Assembly (NCBI GenBank): GCA_046757025.1
Contig: JBHHXN010000026.1
Span: 1 to 42,267 of the forward strand
DNA: 42,267 bases
Direction: 5' to 3'
DNA from: a bacterium
Lineage (GTDB): Bacteria; Zhuqueibacterota; Zhuqueibacteria; Oceanimicrobiales; Oceanimicrobiaceae
Positions 18,769 through 28,454 of the stretch are shown here, piece by piece. The stretch's first letter is position 1; every line of letters starts with the position of its first letter. The notes under the pieces were generated by a model. It saw only the letters and a program-made list of their open reading frames with translations. It was not told the origin of the DNA and ran no database searches. Position numbers and translations under genes: made by a program.

Positions 18769-20223
18769 TCACACATTGTACGTGGTGGAAGAAGTGGCGC
18801 CCCCTCTGCCGGTCCAGTTGGTATGAAAAAACTGACCACGCGGTTTGTCCACTCGCTCGTACGTATGCGCGCCAAAATAATCGCGTTGAGCCTGCAGCAA
18901 ATTTGCGGGCAAGGTTTCACTGCGATAGCTATCATAATAGGCCAGGGCGCTGCTAAACGCCGGTACCGGGATGCCGGACTCAACCGCCAGCGCCACCACC
19001 CTTCGCCAGGCTTGCTGATTCTTCTCCACCGCATCTTTAAAATAACTACTCAGAAGCAGATTCGGTAAATCCGGCTGCCGATCAAACGCTTCTTTAATAT
19101 TACCCAGAAATTGGGCGCGAATAATGCAGCCACCGCGCCACATCAAAGCGACATCGCCAAAATTCAACCGCCACTGATATTCATTTGCGGCTGCACGCAT
19201 GAGTTGAAACCCCTGAGCGTAAGAACAGATTTTGGAAGCGTACAGTGCCTGACGAATCATCTCCACCGTTTTTTTGCGGTCGCCGCTGAATTTTGTCTCC
19301 GGCCCGTGCAACACCCGAGCCGCCTGCACGCGTTCCTCTTTTAATGCGCTCATAGCTCTGGCAAATACCGCCTCGGCCACAGTCTGTGCGGGAATGCCCA
19401 GATCCAGCGCCGCCTGACTGGTCCACTTGCCTGTGCCTTTCTGGCCGGCCGTATCCAGAATCAGGTGGAGCATGGGTTTACCTGTTTCGTCATCTTTTTT
19501 GGCCATGATGTCGCGGGTAATTTCAATTAAATAGCTGTTGAGCACGCCCTCGTTCCAGTCGGCAAAAACCCGGTACAGGTCGTCCGGGGTCAGGCCCAGG
19601 CCTTTTTCCATCAAAGCGTACGCTTCGCTGATCATCTGCATGTCGCCATATTCGATGCCGTTGTGCACCATTTTCACAAAATGGCCGGCGCCATCGCTGC
19701 CCACCCATTCACAGCAAGGCGTGCCATCATCCACTTTCGCGGCGATGGCCTGAAAGATCGGTTTGACGTGTGGCCAGGCCTCTTCGGAGCCGCCGGGCAT
19801 GATCGACGGCCCGGTCAGGGCGCCTTCTTCCCCTCCCGATACTCCCGTGCCGATGAATAAAAAGCCCTTTTCCTCGAGATATTTGGTCCTGCGAATAGAA
19901 TCGGGAAAGTGACTGTTGCCGCCGTCGATGATGATATCGCCCGGCTCCATGTACGGTAAAAGCAGCTCGATAAAATCGTCCACGGGTTTGCCGGCTTTGA
20001 CCATGAGCATCACTTTACGCGGTTTTTGCAGACTGTCCGCCAACTCCTGAATACTGTGGCAGCCCTTGATTTGCCTGCCTTTCGCTCGGCCATTGATGAA
20101 ATTATCGACTTTGCTGGTGGTGCGATTGTACACAGCCACTGTGAAACCGTGACTTTCCATATTCAATACCAGGTTCTCTCCCATAACTGCCAGCCCGATC
20201 AGGCCGATGTCTTGTTTTTGCAT
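18769..20223 (-). CDS. gnd: 6-phosphogluconate dehydrogenase, decarboxylating (NADP+)
   Basis: [37 protein letters not shown] and QRDYFGAH motifs. Confidence 0.97.
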   Translation of the reverse strand: MQKQDIGLIGLAVMGENLVLNMESHGFTVAVYNRTTSKVDNFINGRAKGRQIKGCHSIQELADSLQKPRKVMLMVKAGKPVDDFIELLLPYMEPGDIIIDGGNSHFPDSIRRTKYLEEKGFLFIGTGVSGGEEGALTGPSIMPGGSEEAWPHVKPIFQAIAAKVDDGTPCCEWVGSDGAGHFVKMVHNGIEYGDMQMISEAYALMEKGLGLTPDDLYRVFADWNEGVLNSYLIEITRDIMAKKDDETGKPMLHLILDTAGQKGTGKWTSQAALDLGIPAQTVAEAVFARAMSALKEERVQAARVLHGPETKFSGDRKKTVEMIRQALYASKICSYAQGFQLMRAAANEYQWRLNFGDVALMWRGGCIIRAQFLGNIKEAFDRQPDLPNLLLSSYFKDAVEKNQQAWRRVVALAVESGIPVPAFSSALAYYDSYRSETLPANLLQAQRDYFGAHTYERVDKPRGQFFHTNWTGRGGATSSTTYNV

Positions 20224-20263
20224 ACTTCATTCTCCTATGTTTAAAATTGAAAAGTCCCTTCCA

Positions 20264-20770
20264 ACACCGAAAGACACTGAATAACACTGAATTAAAGAAT
20301 CATCTTAAATTAGTCCTTCCACCTGAAGCGCATAAAACATGTGAAGGCATTAAAAAGACAAAATTTAAAGCCTGGAATTTAAACAGAAAAATAATTGAAA
20401 AAAATATTTGTTATAAAACTCAGTTTAAAATACAAGTCATGCATATCTATTATATTCTTAACGGCTTAGCGTCTTTGCGGTTAAATTTTATAGTATTACT
20501 TCTGAACTTTTGCATTTTTTTACAAGAAAATGGCTAAATGACGCGAAGTGAATGACACGACCCGTCATAAAGTCATCAGGTCATTTGCCTTTGGCGTCAT
20601 TTTAGACAGCAGCAATAATTCACCTCTGTCAATGACAGCGAGGCTTAATGACGGCTGATAATAGCACCATGGTTTGGACCACAACAAAGCAAGTCATTTA
20701 AACATTTGCGGCTCCGCCGCGCTAGGAATCATGCAGGTGTATTTTTCAGTGTCTTTCAGTGTCCTTCCGT
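20264..20770. repeat. Repeat-rich intergenic segment bounded by inverted 10-bp tandem repeats
   Basis: Left ACACCGAAAG-ACACTGAATA-ACACTGAAT; right TTCAGTGTCT-TTCAGTGTCC-TTCCGT; internal cluster of ATGAC/GTCAT motifs at 20537-20700. Confidence 0.6.
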
Positions 20771-20810
20771 ATTAAATATTCTAATTCAGGTTTCAATCTA
20801 TTACTTTGTT

Positions 20811-21590
20811 CTAAATTGTCATAGCCGAAAAACCGCCGTCCACGCGGATAATAGCCCCCGTCACAAAAGAGGATGCTTTTTCCGCAGCCAACCAGATCGC
20901 TGCGCCCACCAATTCCTCTGGCCGGCCAAAGCGGTGCATGGGCGTGTGTGCGAAAATGGCTTCGGTTCGTTCTTTCGACAGGATTTTACGATTTTGCTCG
21001 GCAGGAAAAAATCCCGGCGTAATAGCGTTTACTCGAATTTTATACGGCGCCCATTCCCGGGCCAGAAACTGCGTGAGATTGTTAACGCCGGCTTTCGATA
21101 TGCTGTACGTAAACACTTTGGACAGCGGCGGCCCAGAAGATGTCGATGAAAGATTGACGATGCTGCCGCCTCTACCCTGCTGCACCAACGTTTCACCGAA
21201 AATCTGACAGGCCAGGAAAATACTCTTTAAATTCACCTCCAAAATGTGGTTCCACTCTTCTTCTGAAATGTCAAAAAAGGCCGTGGATGAATTGATACCC
21301 GCAGCGTTGATGAGCACGTCGATGCCCTGCCACTCAGCGAGAATCTGGTCCCTTGCACGTAGCAAATCATTTTTCTGACTGGCGTCCACCTGAATGGCCA
21401 GGGCCTCGCCTGCCACCGCTTCTTTGATGCGGCTCGCCTGTTTCTCAGCCTTTTCTCGTGTGTGGCTCAAGACCGCTACTTTGGCGCCGGCCCGGGCAAA
21501 ACCTTCGGTCAGAGCGCCGCCAAGCACGCCGCCGCCGCCGATGACTACCGCAATTTTCCCCCGAACGGAAAAAAGTTCTTCAACAAACAT
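20811..21590 (-). CDS. SDR oxidoreductase, UxuB/UxuD-like (fructuronate reductase / D-mannonate oxidoreductase candidate)
   Basis: GGGGVLG, INAAG, YSISK, NAITPGFFPAEQNR and HTPMHRFGRPEEL, resembling SDR-type mannonate oxidoreductases. The ATG at 21590 is preceded by a GAGGTG Shine-Dalgarno sequence. Confidence 0.75.
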   Translation of the reverse strand: MFVEELFSVRGKIAVVIGGGGVLGGALTEGFARAGAKVAVLSHTREKAEKQASRIKEAVAGEALAIQVDASQKNDLLRARDQILAEWQGIDVLINAAGINSSTAFFDISEEEWNHILEVNLKSIFLACQIFGETLVQQGRGGSIVNLSSTSSGPPLSKVFTYSISKAGVNNLTQFLAREWAPYKIRVNAITPGFFPAEQNRKILSKERTEAIFAHTPMHRFGRPEELVGAAIWLAAEKASSFVTGAIIRVDGGFSAMTI

Positions 21591-21825
21591 CTTAAACACC
21601 TCTCCTGATAGATGAAAACTATCATTGATTCAATTTGTCAATTCCTTAAAAAATGAACACTCATGGCTTATCTCTGTAGTTCTCAACAATATAAACAGCG
21701 AATTCGTTCCGTCTTCCAATCTCTTCTGAACACTGAAGATTCTTTACTTGTTCAAAGACATTCAAATATCCCATTACTAAAATGAACAGCCAAATTCATC
21801 GTCGAATGTTCTATTCCCACCTCAA

Positions 21826-22614
21826 TTAAAATTCCGAATAAATTTTGGCAGCGGAATCTTTATCGAGAAACAGGCGGCAGTCATCATGCAGCCGGGTGAT
21901 GGAAGCCGGACAGGAAGTCGCGATGGGACCTTTCAGCGTCCGGTACACGGCTTCGGTTTTCGTGGGACCGGGCACTACCACAAATACGGCATCTGCAGAC
22001 ATCAAAGCCGGCACGGTCAAGGTTATCGCTTGCTCTGGCACATCGGCCAGCGTAGGAAAACAGCCATCATTTACCTGCTGTTGCCGGCAAACCTTATCCA
22101 ATTCCACTACTTTTACTGTCGCAGTATCGTTGAAATTCGCCACTGGCGGATCGTTGAAGGCGATGTGCCCGTTCTCGCCGATTCCCATGCAAACGATGTC
22201 GATGGGCGCTTCTCCAATGAGATCGCTGTATCGTTCACATTCGGCCTGAACATCTGTGGGTTCGGGATTGATGAAATAGACATTTCGCATGGACACTTTC
22301 TCGAAAATATGCTGCCTTAGATAATGCCCAAAAAGCTGTGACACATTAGCGGGCAAACCAAGATATTCGTCCATGTGAAAAGCCGTGATTCTGGCCCAGT
22401 CTATTTCCGGCGTTTGAGACAGAGCCGCCAGAATGTCATTCTGGGATGGCGCGGCGGCAAACACCATGCGAACATTTTCTTTACTTTTGGACAGAAATCG
22501 TATTCGGTTCGCCACCGCCTCGGCCGCGGCTTTTCCCATTTGTGCACGATTCGGGTGAATTTCAACTTTTAATTTGTCTAAAATAAATTCTTTTAAAGGT
22601 CTCATTTTATTCAT
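21826..22614 (-). CDS. nagB: Glucosamine-6-phosphate deaminase / isomerase family protein
   Basis: FAAAPSQ, FHMDEY, GIGENGHIAFNDP, QQVNDGCF and CPAS motifs; nagA is in the same cluster. Confidence 0.75.
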   Translation of the reverse strand: MNKMRPLKEFILDKLKVEIHPNRAQMGKAAAEAVANRIRFLSKSKENVRMVFAAAPSQNDILAALSQTPEIDWARITAFHMDEYLGLPANVSQLFGHYLRQHIFEKVSMRNVYFINPEPTDVQAECERYSDLIGEAPIDIVCMGIGENGHIAFNDPPVANFNDTATVKVVELDKVCRQQQVNDGCFPTLADVPEQAITLTVPALMSADAVFVVVPGPTKTEAVYRTLKGPIATSCPASITRLHDDCRLFLDKDSAAKIYSEF

Positions 22615-22629
22615 CCTTACCTTTCATTT

Positions 22630-23925
22630 TTAAAATCCAAATATTCTCGGAATAATTAAACTCAGAACCGGCATGTAAGTGACAATTAGCAGCACCACAA
22701 TCATGGCAAAGAAAAACGGCAGCAGATGCCGAACGATATTGGTAATGGTGGTGTGGGCAATACCGCAGCCTACAAACAGGCAGGATCCCACCGGCGGTGT
22801 ACACAGACCGATGCACAGATTCATGATCATCAAGATGCCAAAGTGAATCGGGTGCACACCAAGCCCTTGCACGATGGGTAGAAAAATCGGCGTAAAAATG
22901 AGCACCGCCGGCGTCATGTCCATGAAAGTGCCCACAAACAACAACAGCACATTAATGATGAGGAGAATGAGTATTTTATTGTCGGTTAAACTCAGCAATA
23001 CCGCACTGATATCCTGGGGAATATTCTCGAAAGCCATGGCCCAGGACATGGCCATAGAGGTACCGATGAGCAGCATCACCACCGCCGTAGTTATGCCACA
23101 CTGCAAAAGAATTTGCGGAATTTCTTTGAGCTGCACTTCCCGATAAACGAAAACCGAAAGTACAAAGGCATACAAGACTGCAATGGCCGAGGCCTCGGTG
23201 GCGGTAAAGTAACCCGCCAAAATGCCTCCCAAAACCAGCACCACCAGAAACAACGGCGGCAGGGCCACCAGGAATTTCACCAGCCCTTCTTTAAGTCCAA
23301 AAGTCACGCCTTTGCCGTAATTGCGTTTTACCGAGGTGACGCCGCTAACCACCATCAACCCCAGACCCATGAGGATGCCCGGAATAAAACCCGCCAGAAA
23401 AATAGCGGCGATGGAAACCACGCCCCCCGTGGCCAGGGCATACACGATCATGACGTTACTGGGAGGAATCAACAGGCCGGTGGTGGCGGCGGTGATGCTG
23501 ATGGAAGCATTAAAATCACGGTGGTAGCCTTCTTTGTTCATCAGCGGAATCATGAAGCCGCCGACACTGGAAACCGCGGCCACAGCCGAACCAGAAATCG
23601 ATCCAAATAGCATGCAGGTCAAAATGTTCACGTAAGAAAGTCCTCCTCGAAACCGGCCCACCAGGACGTTGGCAAAATCGATGAGCCGGCGGGCAATGCC
23701 GCCGCGGCCCATCAACTGGCCGGCGAGGATGAAAAAAGGAATGGCCAACAGCGTGAAGCTATCGATGCCGGTAGCCATGGTGTGCGCCACCGTTTTCATG
23801 GCGGGGATGCCGCCTATGGTGAGCACGGTTAATAAAGTTGAGATGCCGATGGCAAACGCGATGGGTACATTGAGCATCAATAAAATCACAAAGCTTAAAA
23901 TCAGAACCAGAGTCGGCCAATCCAT
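22630..23925 (-). CDS. dctM: TRAP transporter large permease
   Basis: LLAIPFFILAG, FGSISGSA, LIPPS, TATEAS and GLCTPPVG motifs. Confidence 0.93.
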   Translation of the reverse strand: MDWPTLVLILSFVILLMLNVPIAFAIGISTLLTVLTIGGIPAMKTVAHTMATGIDSFTLLAIPFFILAGQLMGRGGIARRLIDFANVLVGRFRGGLSYVNILTCMLFGSISGSAVAAVSSVGGFMIPLMNKEGYHRDFNASISITAATTGLLIPPSNVMIVYALATGGVVSIAAIFLAGFIPGILMGLGLMVVSGVTSVKRNYGKGVTFGLKEGLVKFLVALPPLFLVVLVLGGILAGYFTATEASAIAVLYAFVLSVFVYREVQLKEIPQILLQCGITTAVVMLLIGTSMAMSWAMAFENIPQDISAVLLSLTDNKILILLIINVLLLFVGTFMDMTPAVLIFTPIFLPIVQGLGVHPIHFGILMIMNLCIGLCTPPVGSCLFVGCGIAHTTITNIVRHLLPFFFAMIVVLLIVTYMPVLSLIIPRIFGF

Positions 23926-24051
23926 GTCAGTTTTCCTTTATTACACGACTATTTGTTCGTTGTTTGAAGTTGAATAAAATCACCATACAATTTAATATCG
24001 AATTCTATTTAGTGCACAGACATTCACTATTGAAACCGAGCAGCCATTATG

Positions 24052-24187
24052 GTCATTCTGAACGAAGAAGCCCTGCCTACGGAGTCGATTTGTTCAGAAA
24101 ACTAACCCACTGCACGAAACACCTCTTCTTTCATTTTCGCAAGTCAGGTGGCAGGAGATTCTTCGTCACTGCGTTCCTCAGAATGAC
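24052..24187. repeat. GTCAT...ATGAC REP-like palindromic element inserted between dctQ and dctM
   Basis: Ends GTCATTCTGA / TCAGAATGAC with internal GAGATTCTTCG; a degenerate second right end (CGCTACGCGCCTCAGAAGGAC) follows at about 24225-24245. Confidence 0.7.
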
Positions 24188-24252
24188 ACTATCCCGGCGA
24201 GATACCGGCGATGGTTACCCGAGTCGCTACGCGCCTCAGAAGGACCATTGAA

Positions 24253-24747
24253 TTAAGTACGACTCAATCTATTCATTTTCAAAATAGTCTCAACAAGAAA
24301 CTCCAAACCGTACATGGCGATAAAAAAACCCGCAATAGGCACCGCCAGATAAACGAATCCCAATTTTAAACCCGTCGCCGGTGCGGTCTGGCCAAGCTGA
24401 AAGGTTTCCGCAACCAATTGAGTTCCTCCCACAAGAAGAACCGAAACCGCAAAAACAATAATACAGGTAAAAACAAAAACTTCGCTCACCAGACGCTTTT
24501 TCTCAGACAATTTCCCAACAAAATAGTCGATACCAAGATGTACCCGGCGGTTCAGGGCCACGGCCGAACCGAGCAGTCCCACCCAGATCAGCAGATACGT
24601 GGCCAACTCCTCGGTCCAACTGCTGGGATTTTTCAGGATAAATCGCGTGACCACCTGCCAGGTCACATCCAGAACCAGCACACCCATGACAAACGCGGTT
24701 AAAAATTCCAGCGCGCGATCCAGCCCCCTTTTCATCGACCTGAACAA
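24253..24747 (-). CDS. dctQ: TRAP transporter small permease
   Basis: 4 TM segments; QVVTRF, WTEELA and HLGID motifs. Confidence 0.92.
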   Translation of the reverse strand: MFRSMKRGLDRALEFLTAFVMGVLVLDVTWQVVTRFILKNPSSWTEELATYLLIWVGLLGSAVALNRRVHLGIDYFVGKLSEKKRLVSEVFVFTCIIVFAVSVLLVGGTQLVAETFQLGQTAPATGLKLGFVYLAVPIAGFFIAMYGLEFLVETILKMNRLSRT

Positions 24748-24749
24748 AT

Positions 24750-25739
24750 CTACTGCTCCGCCTGAATTTCGCGTGCCAAATCCCCGACGACGGTGCCGTC
24801 AAATTCCTGCCACAATTGTTTCGCCAGAGTCTCGAAAGGCGCCTTGTCCGGATGAAACACCCGCAAGCCCGCCGCAGTCATTTTCTCCATGCTTTCATGC
24901 ACAAACGCTTTCCAAAGCTGTCGTTGATACGCCACCGATTCCTCAGCCGCTGCCATCAGCGCGTTTTTATGCCGCTCGGAAAGCTGGTTCCAGACCGCGG
25001 TGTTGATAACCACCACATCCGGCACGCTGGTGTGCTCGTCCAGACTGTAATATTTGCACACTTCATAATGATTGGAAGTGAACAGGCTGGGTTGGTTGTT
25101 TTCGGCGCCGTCCACCACGCCCTGCTGCAAAGAGGTGTACAGCTCACCCCAGGAAATGGGCGTGGGAGAGCCTCCCAGAGCTTCTACCATTTTCATGGCC
25201 ATGGGACTCTGCTGGGTGCGAATTTTTAAGCCCGACAGATCATCCGGATGCAGAATCGGTTTCTTGACGGTGTAAAAGCTGCGCGCGCCGGCGTCGTAGT
25301 AAACCAATCCTTTGAGTTTCAAGCTTTCGCCGGCAGCCAGTATCTTCTTACCGATGTCGCCATTCAGAACCCGCCAGCGGTGGTCCTCATTATTAAACAA
25401 ATAGGGTAGCGCATAAACTTTGTACTCCTCTAAAAAACTTTCCAGCATGCTGCTGGAGACTTTGGTCATGGCGATGGCGCCCAATTGCAATTTTTCCAGA
25501 CACTCTTTTTCGTTGCCGAGCTGCTCATTGGGATAGATTTCGATGACCAGCGTGGAGTCGCTTTTTTCCAGCGCCTTCGCGGCCATAAATTCCATTGCCT
25601 GGTGTACCGGATGAGATGCGGCCAATCCATGCGCCAGTTTTAAGGTGACCACCTCACTTTTAGGCCCGCAGCCAGCGATAAGATAAAGACCTGCAGCTAA
25701 AACTAATAAAGTTAAAATAATTCTTTTAGGTAAATGCAT
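24750..25739 (-). CDS. dctP: TRAP transporter substrate-binding lipoprotein (sugar-acid type)
   Basis: Lipobox IAGC; LKLAH, YPNEQLG, GLKIR, GELYTSLQQGVVDGAENN motifs. Confidence 0.93.
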   Translation of the reverse strand: MHLPKRIILTLLVLAAGLYLIAGCGPKSEVVTLKLAHGLAASHPVHQAMEFMAAKALEKSDSTLVIEIYPNEQLGNEKECLEKLQLGAIAMTKVSSSMLESFLEEYKVYALPYLFNNEDHRWRVLNGDIGKKILAAGESLKLKGLVYYDAGARSFYTVKKPILHPDDLSGLKIRTQQSPMAMKMVEALGGSPTPISWGELYTSLQQGVVDGAENNQPSLFTSNHYEVCKYYSLDEHTSVPDVVVINTAVWNQLSERHKNALMAAAEESVAYQRQLWKAFVHESMEKMTAAGLRVFHPDKAPFETLAKQLWQEFDGTVVGDLAREIQAEQ

Positions 25740-25821
25740 CGGTTCCCTCTCATTTCATTGGATTCTGTGTCGAGTATTTTTTAATTTTAAAGAGATTTGC
25801 TGCACCGGATGTACAACTTTC

Positions 25822-25995
25822 AGACTCTGTGTGAAAAAGAGACAAATCAACTAATACCAAGGATGTCAAAATTGTCATTCCCCGCCTTGCGGGACAAGCT
25901 GGAAGCATTTTTTTAGTAAACAGCACTTTTCGTCCAATCAAAAAGATTTTTCCAAAATGACAGCGCCCCAGTGTTCAACGTTTCGCATAGACTCT
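25822..25995. mobile_element. MITE-like element with imperfect 15-bp TIRs enclosing a GTCAT...ATGAC element
   Basis: Left AGACTCTGTGTGAAA; right TTTCGCATAGACTCT (12/15 match); inner GTCATTCCCCGCCTTGCGGG...AAATGAC at 25874-25961. Confidence 0.55.
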
Positions 25996-26047
25996 TCAGG
26001 TTGTAATTATCACTGACCAGTTAAAATCCGTACCCTCGATATATTTC

Positions 26048-26878
26048 TCATTTCAAAGCCTTCATTTCTACCCCATCCATGTCGGTGAATTCCTGGTTCT
26101 CGCCACCCATGCCCCAGATGAACGCGTAGTTGCTGGTGCCGGCGCCGGCGTGAATGGACCAGCTCGGCGAAACCACGGCCTGGTGATTTTGCATCACCAG
26201 GTGCCGGGTTTCCGCCGGCTCCCCCATCAAATGAAACACGCGCGCATTTTCCTCCAGATCAAAATACATGTAGATTTCCGAGCGCCGGGCATGCGAATGC
26301 GCCGGCATGGTATTCCAGACACTGCCCTCGGCCAGCTCGGTAAATCCCATCACCACCTGACAGCTTTCCACCACGCCCGGACATATTGACTGGAAAATGG
26401 TCCGTTTGTTGGCTTCCGCATCCGAACCCAGCGGCACTCTGTTGGCCTGCTCTCGGGTGATCAGTTTTGCTGGAAACGTTTTGTGAGCTGGAAAACTCAA
26501 CAAGTAGAATTGAGCCGGATTTGATTCGTTTAAACTCGTAAATTCGATTTGTTTGCTGCCGCGTCCAATGTAAAGACTGTCGCGGTTGGCCAGGTTAAAA
26601 TCCTGTCCGTCCACGGTCACGGTTCCGGCCTTGCCAATGTTGATGACCCCGATTTCGCGGCGCTGAGCAAAATAATCGGCGGCCAGGGCTTTTTCCGCTG
26701 GCAGAGTGAGTTTGTTGCTGGTGGGCACGGTTGTGCCCACAATGGCGCGATCCACGTCCACATAGCACAATTGCACTTTTCCGCTCGCAAAAAGCTCCTC
26801 GACCAAAAACGCCTGCCGCAGCTCTTCTGAAGTCATGCGCTGGTATCTAATTTTGTCCGGTAAATATTTTAACTGCAT
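26048..26878 (-). CDS. kduI: 5-dehydro-4-deoxy-D-glucuronate isomerase
   Basis: RREIGVINIG, SCQVVMG, GSVWNTMPAHSHARRSE, SPSWSIH and WGMGGENQ motifs. Confidence 0.95.
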   Translation of the reverse strand: MQLKYLPDKIRYQRMTSEELRQAFLVEELFASGKVQLCYVDVDRAIVGTTVPTSNKLTLPAEKALAADYFAQRREIGVINIGKAGTVTVDGQDFNLANRDSLYIGRGSKQIEFTSLNESNPAQFYLLSFPAHKTFPAKLITREQANRVPLGSDAEANKRTIFQSICPGVVESCQVVMGFTELAEGSVWNTMPAHSHARRSEIYMYFDLEENARVFHLMGEPAETRHLVMQNHQAVVSPSWSIHAGAGTSNYAFIWGMGGENQEFTDMDGVEMKALK

Positions 26879-26910
26879 GTTTTAACTCCTTTTCCAATTC
26901 GAGAAACAAA

Positions 26911-28194
26911 CTAATAGTTTTTTATGGCAACGGGCATGTTTAACGCCGTTACGGTTTTATCAAGAAACTCCTGGAATTCGACCTGCGTGCGAAGGCCGTC
27001 CGGTTCCTGTTCCCAGGCCGCCAGAAAGTAGTAAGTCAATTTGCCGTTTTGCGGTTTCAAAACCAGGACATGACTCAATTCATCTTCTGTCATCTGAATC
27101 AGCTCGGATCGCCGGTACAGAATCGCCATGCCCAAATTATCCCCGGCGAGACTCTGTTTTCCGAAATTGGCAAAATAAGCCCAGTCGCTGCCGGCTTCTG
27201 CCGATTGCAAAACTTCCGTGTCCTTATGTTTGACCAGTCCCGTACAAAGATTGTCGGCCTCGCCTGAGATGACCACTTCATGCCGGGTTAACCGGCTGCC
27301 AGCGGTAATGGACAAATTTGAAGTCAGATCGAATTTCTTTGACCCCACTTTCCAACCGAAATATCTGGTTTGAATAGATGAAAAAACCGGCCCGTTCGCG
27401 GAGATTCTGCAGGTGCTGCCATCGGTTTCAGAAACCCGATAGACTTTGCCGTGGTGCCACATACCGATGGAACCGATGCCTAAAGATTCTCCAACTTTCA
27501 AAATATCCATGCCCCAGTCTGCCATTTCATGGTAGGAGTCGAATCCGTCCTGCCCCACATCCTGTAACACCATCTGCGATGTTTTTTTGCCGAAAATATC
27601 GATGGCGTTGCGCCAGTCGAGATAAAAGCGATAGCCCACTTTGTCGGACTCCCAGCCCGGGCCTTCGTATCGAAAAAAAAGGCTGTGGTCAGTGTGCTCA
27701 GGCGGTACCCGCAGCAAATCCACGTTCTGGAATTGACCGCCTTCGTACTTGCGCTCCATCCACTTGCCGCCGAATTTGTGCGAAAGCTCGGCTTGCGTGC
27801 GTCTGAGATAGTCGCGCTTTTTTTCACCTGAGGTTGCATACCGTACCGTGACAGCCTTGCTTTCGTTGGTTGTAAAATCAGCCACAAAGGTGATCTGATC
27901 CAAGGCGCCGTCGCCGTCTAAATCGTCCGCCTGACTGGCCAGCTCCTTTCCTGCATCAAGCACCACAAATGCGGCAGGATTAAACTGCGGAAAATTCGTT
28001 TTAATTTCTTCAATCCCCATGGCCACCAACGCGTCTTTTCGTGCCAAATTCACCGCGTTTTTTACCGTCATCTGCAGCGCTTCAGGATATTGTTTTGCCA
28101 AATCACGCTTTCCCTCGGGCGATTTCGAGCAGCCGCCCAGAATTACTATCAGGAGGATTAACGTCATCGCACCTAACTTTGAACCCAATTCCAT
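26911..28194 (-). CDS. DUF4861-like lipoprotein, often associated with GH105/uronate loci
   Basis: Lipobox LGGC; GPGWESDKVGYRFY, IDIFGK, YHEMADWGMDILKVG.SLG.G motifs. Confidence 0.75.
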   Translation of the reverse strand: MELGSKLGAMTLILLIVILGGCSKSPEGKRDLAKQYPEALQMTVKNAVNLARKDALVAMGIEEIKTNFPQFNPAAFVVLDAGKELASQADDLDGDGALDQITFVADFTTNESKAVTVRYATSGEKKRDYLRRTQAELSHKFGGKWMERKYEGGQFQNVDLLRVPPEHTDHSLFFRYEGPGWESDKVGYRFYLDWRNAIDIFGKKTSQMVLQDVGQDGFDSYHEMADWGMDILKVGESLGIGSIGMWHHGKVYRVSETDGSTCRISANGPVFSSIQTRYFGWKVGSKKFDLTSNLSITAGSRLTRHEVVISGEADNLCTGLVKHKDTEVLQSAEAGSDWAYFANFGKQSLAGDNLGMAILYRRSELIQMTEDELSHVLVLKPQNGKLTYYFLAAWEQEPDGLRTQVEFQEFLDKTVTALNMPVAIKNY

Positions 28195-28257
28195 GTTTTA
28201 TGCCCTCCTCTTACTATTCTCTATCTAACGTTTGTGAAATCCGATTTTATATAGTGA

Positions 28258-28395
28258 TTGAACGAAAACTATTAATAAAGTTGTCATTGCAAGGCGTTTT
28301 TGGCCGAAGGAATCTCATGCCGTGCCTAATAGTGAGATTGCTTTCCCGAGAATCGGGACTCGCAATGACCCGCAAAATCAATAGTTTTGGGTTAA
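28258..28395. mobile_element. MITE-like element with imperfect 19-bp TIRs enclosing a GTCAT...ATGAC element
   Basis: TTGAACGAAAACTATTAAT / ATCAATAGTTTTGGGTTAA (15/19 match); inner GTCATTGCAAG...GAATCTC...GAGATTGC...CTCGCAATGAC at 28283-28369. Confidence 0.6.
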
Positions 28396-28454
28396 TCATA
28401 ATCAGTGAAATTCAGTGTCGTTCAGCGTTTAATTAATTTCATCATGGAATTTAC

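Noticed and set aside
20247..20537. 96-aa plus-strand ORF in the SDR-gnd gap
   Set aside because: TTG start, low-complexity AT-rich sequence, runs through tandem repeats, and has no protein motif.
20264..20770. CRISPR array
   Set aside because: The repeats are 7-10-bp tandem units or palindromes without regular unique spacers, and there are no cas genes.
21661..21774. 37-aa minus-strand small ORF (MGYLNVFEQ...) between nagB and the SDR
   Set aside because: No convincing Shine-Dalgarno sequence or motif; cannot be distinguished from chance.
23964..24251. 95-aa plus-strand ORF between dctM and dctQ
   Set aside because: It is a translation of the GTCAT-type repeat element (HSERRS...FLRMT), not a credible gene.
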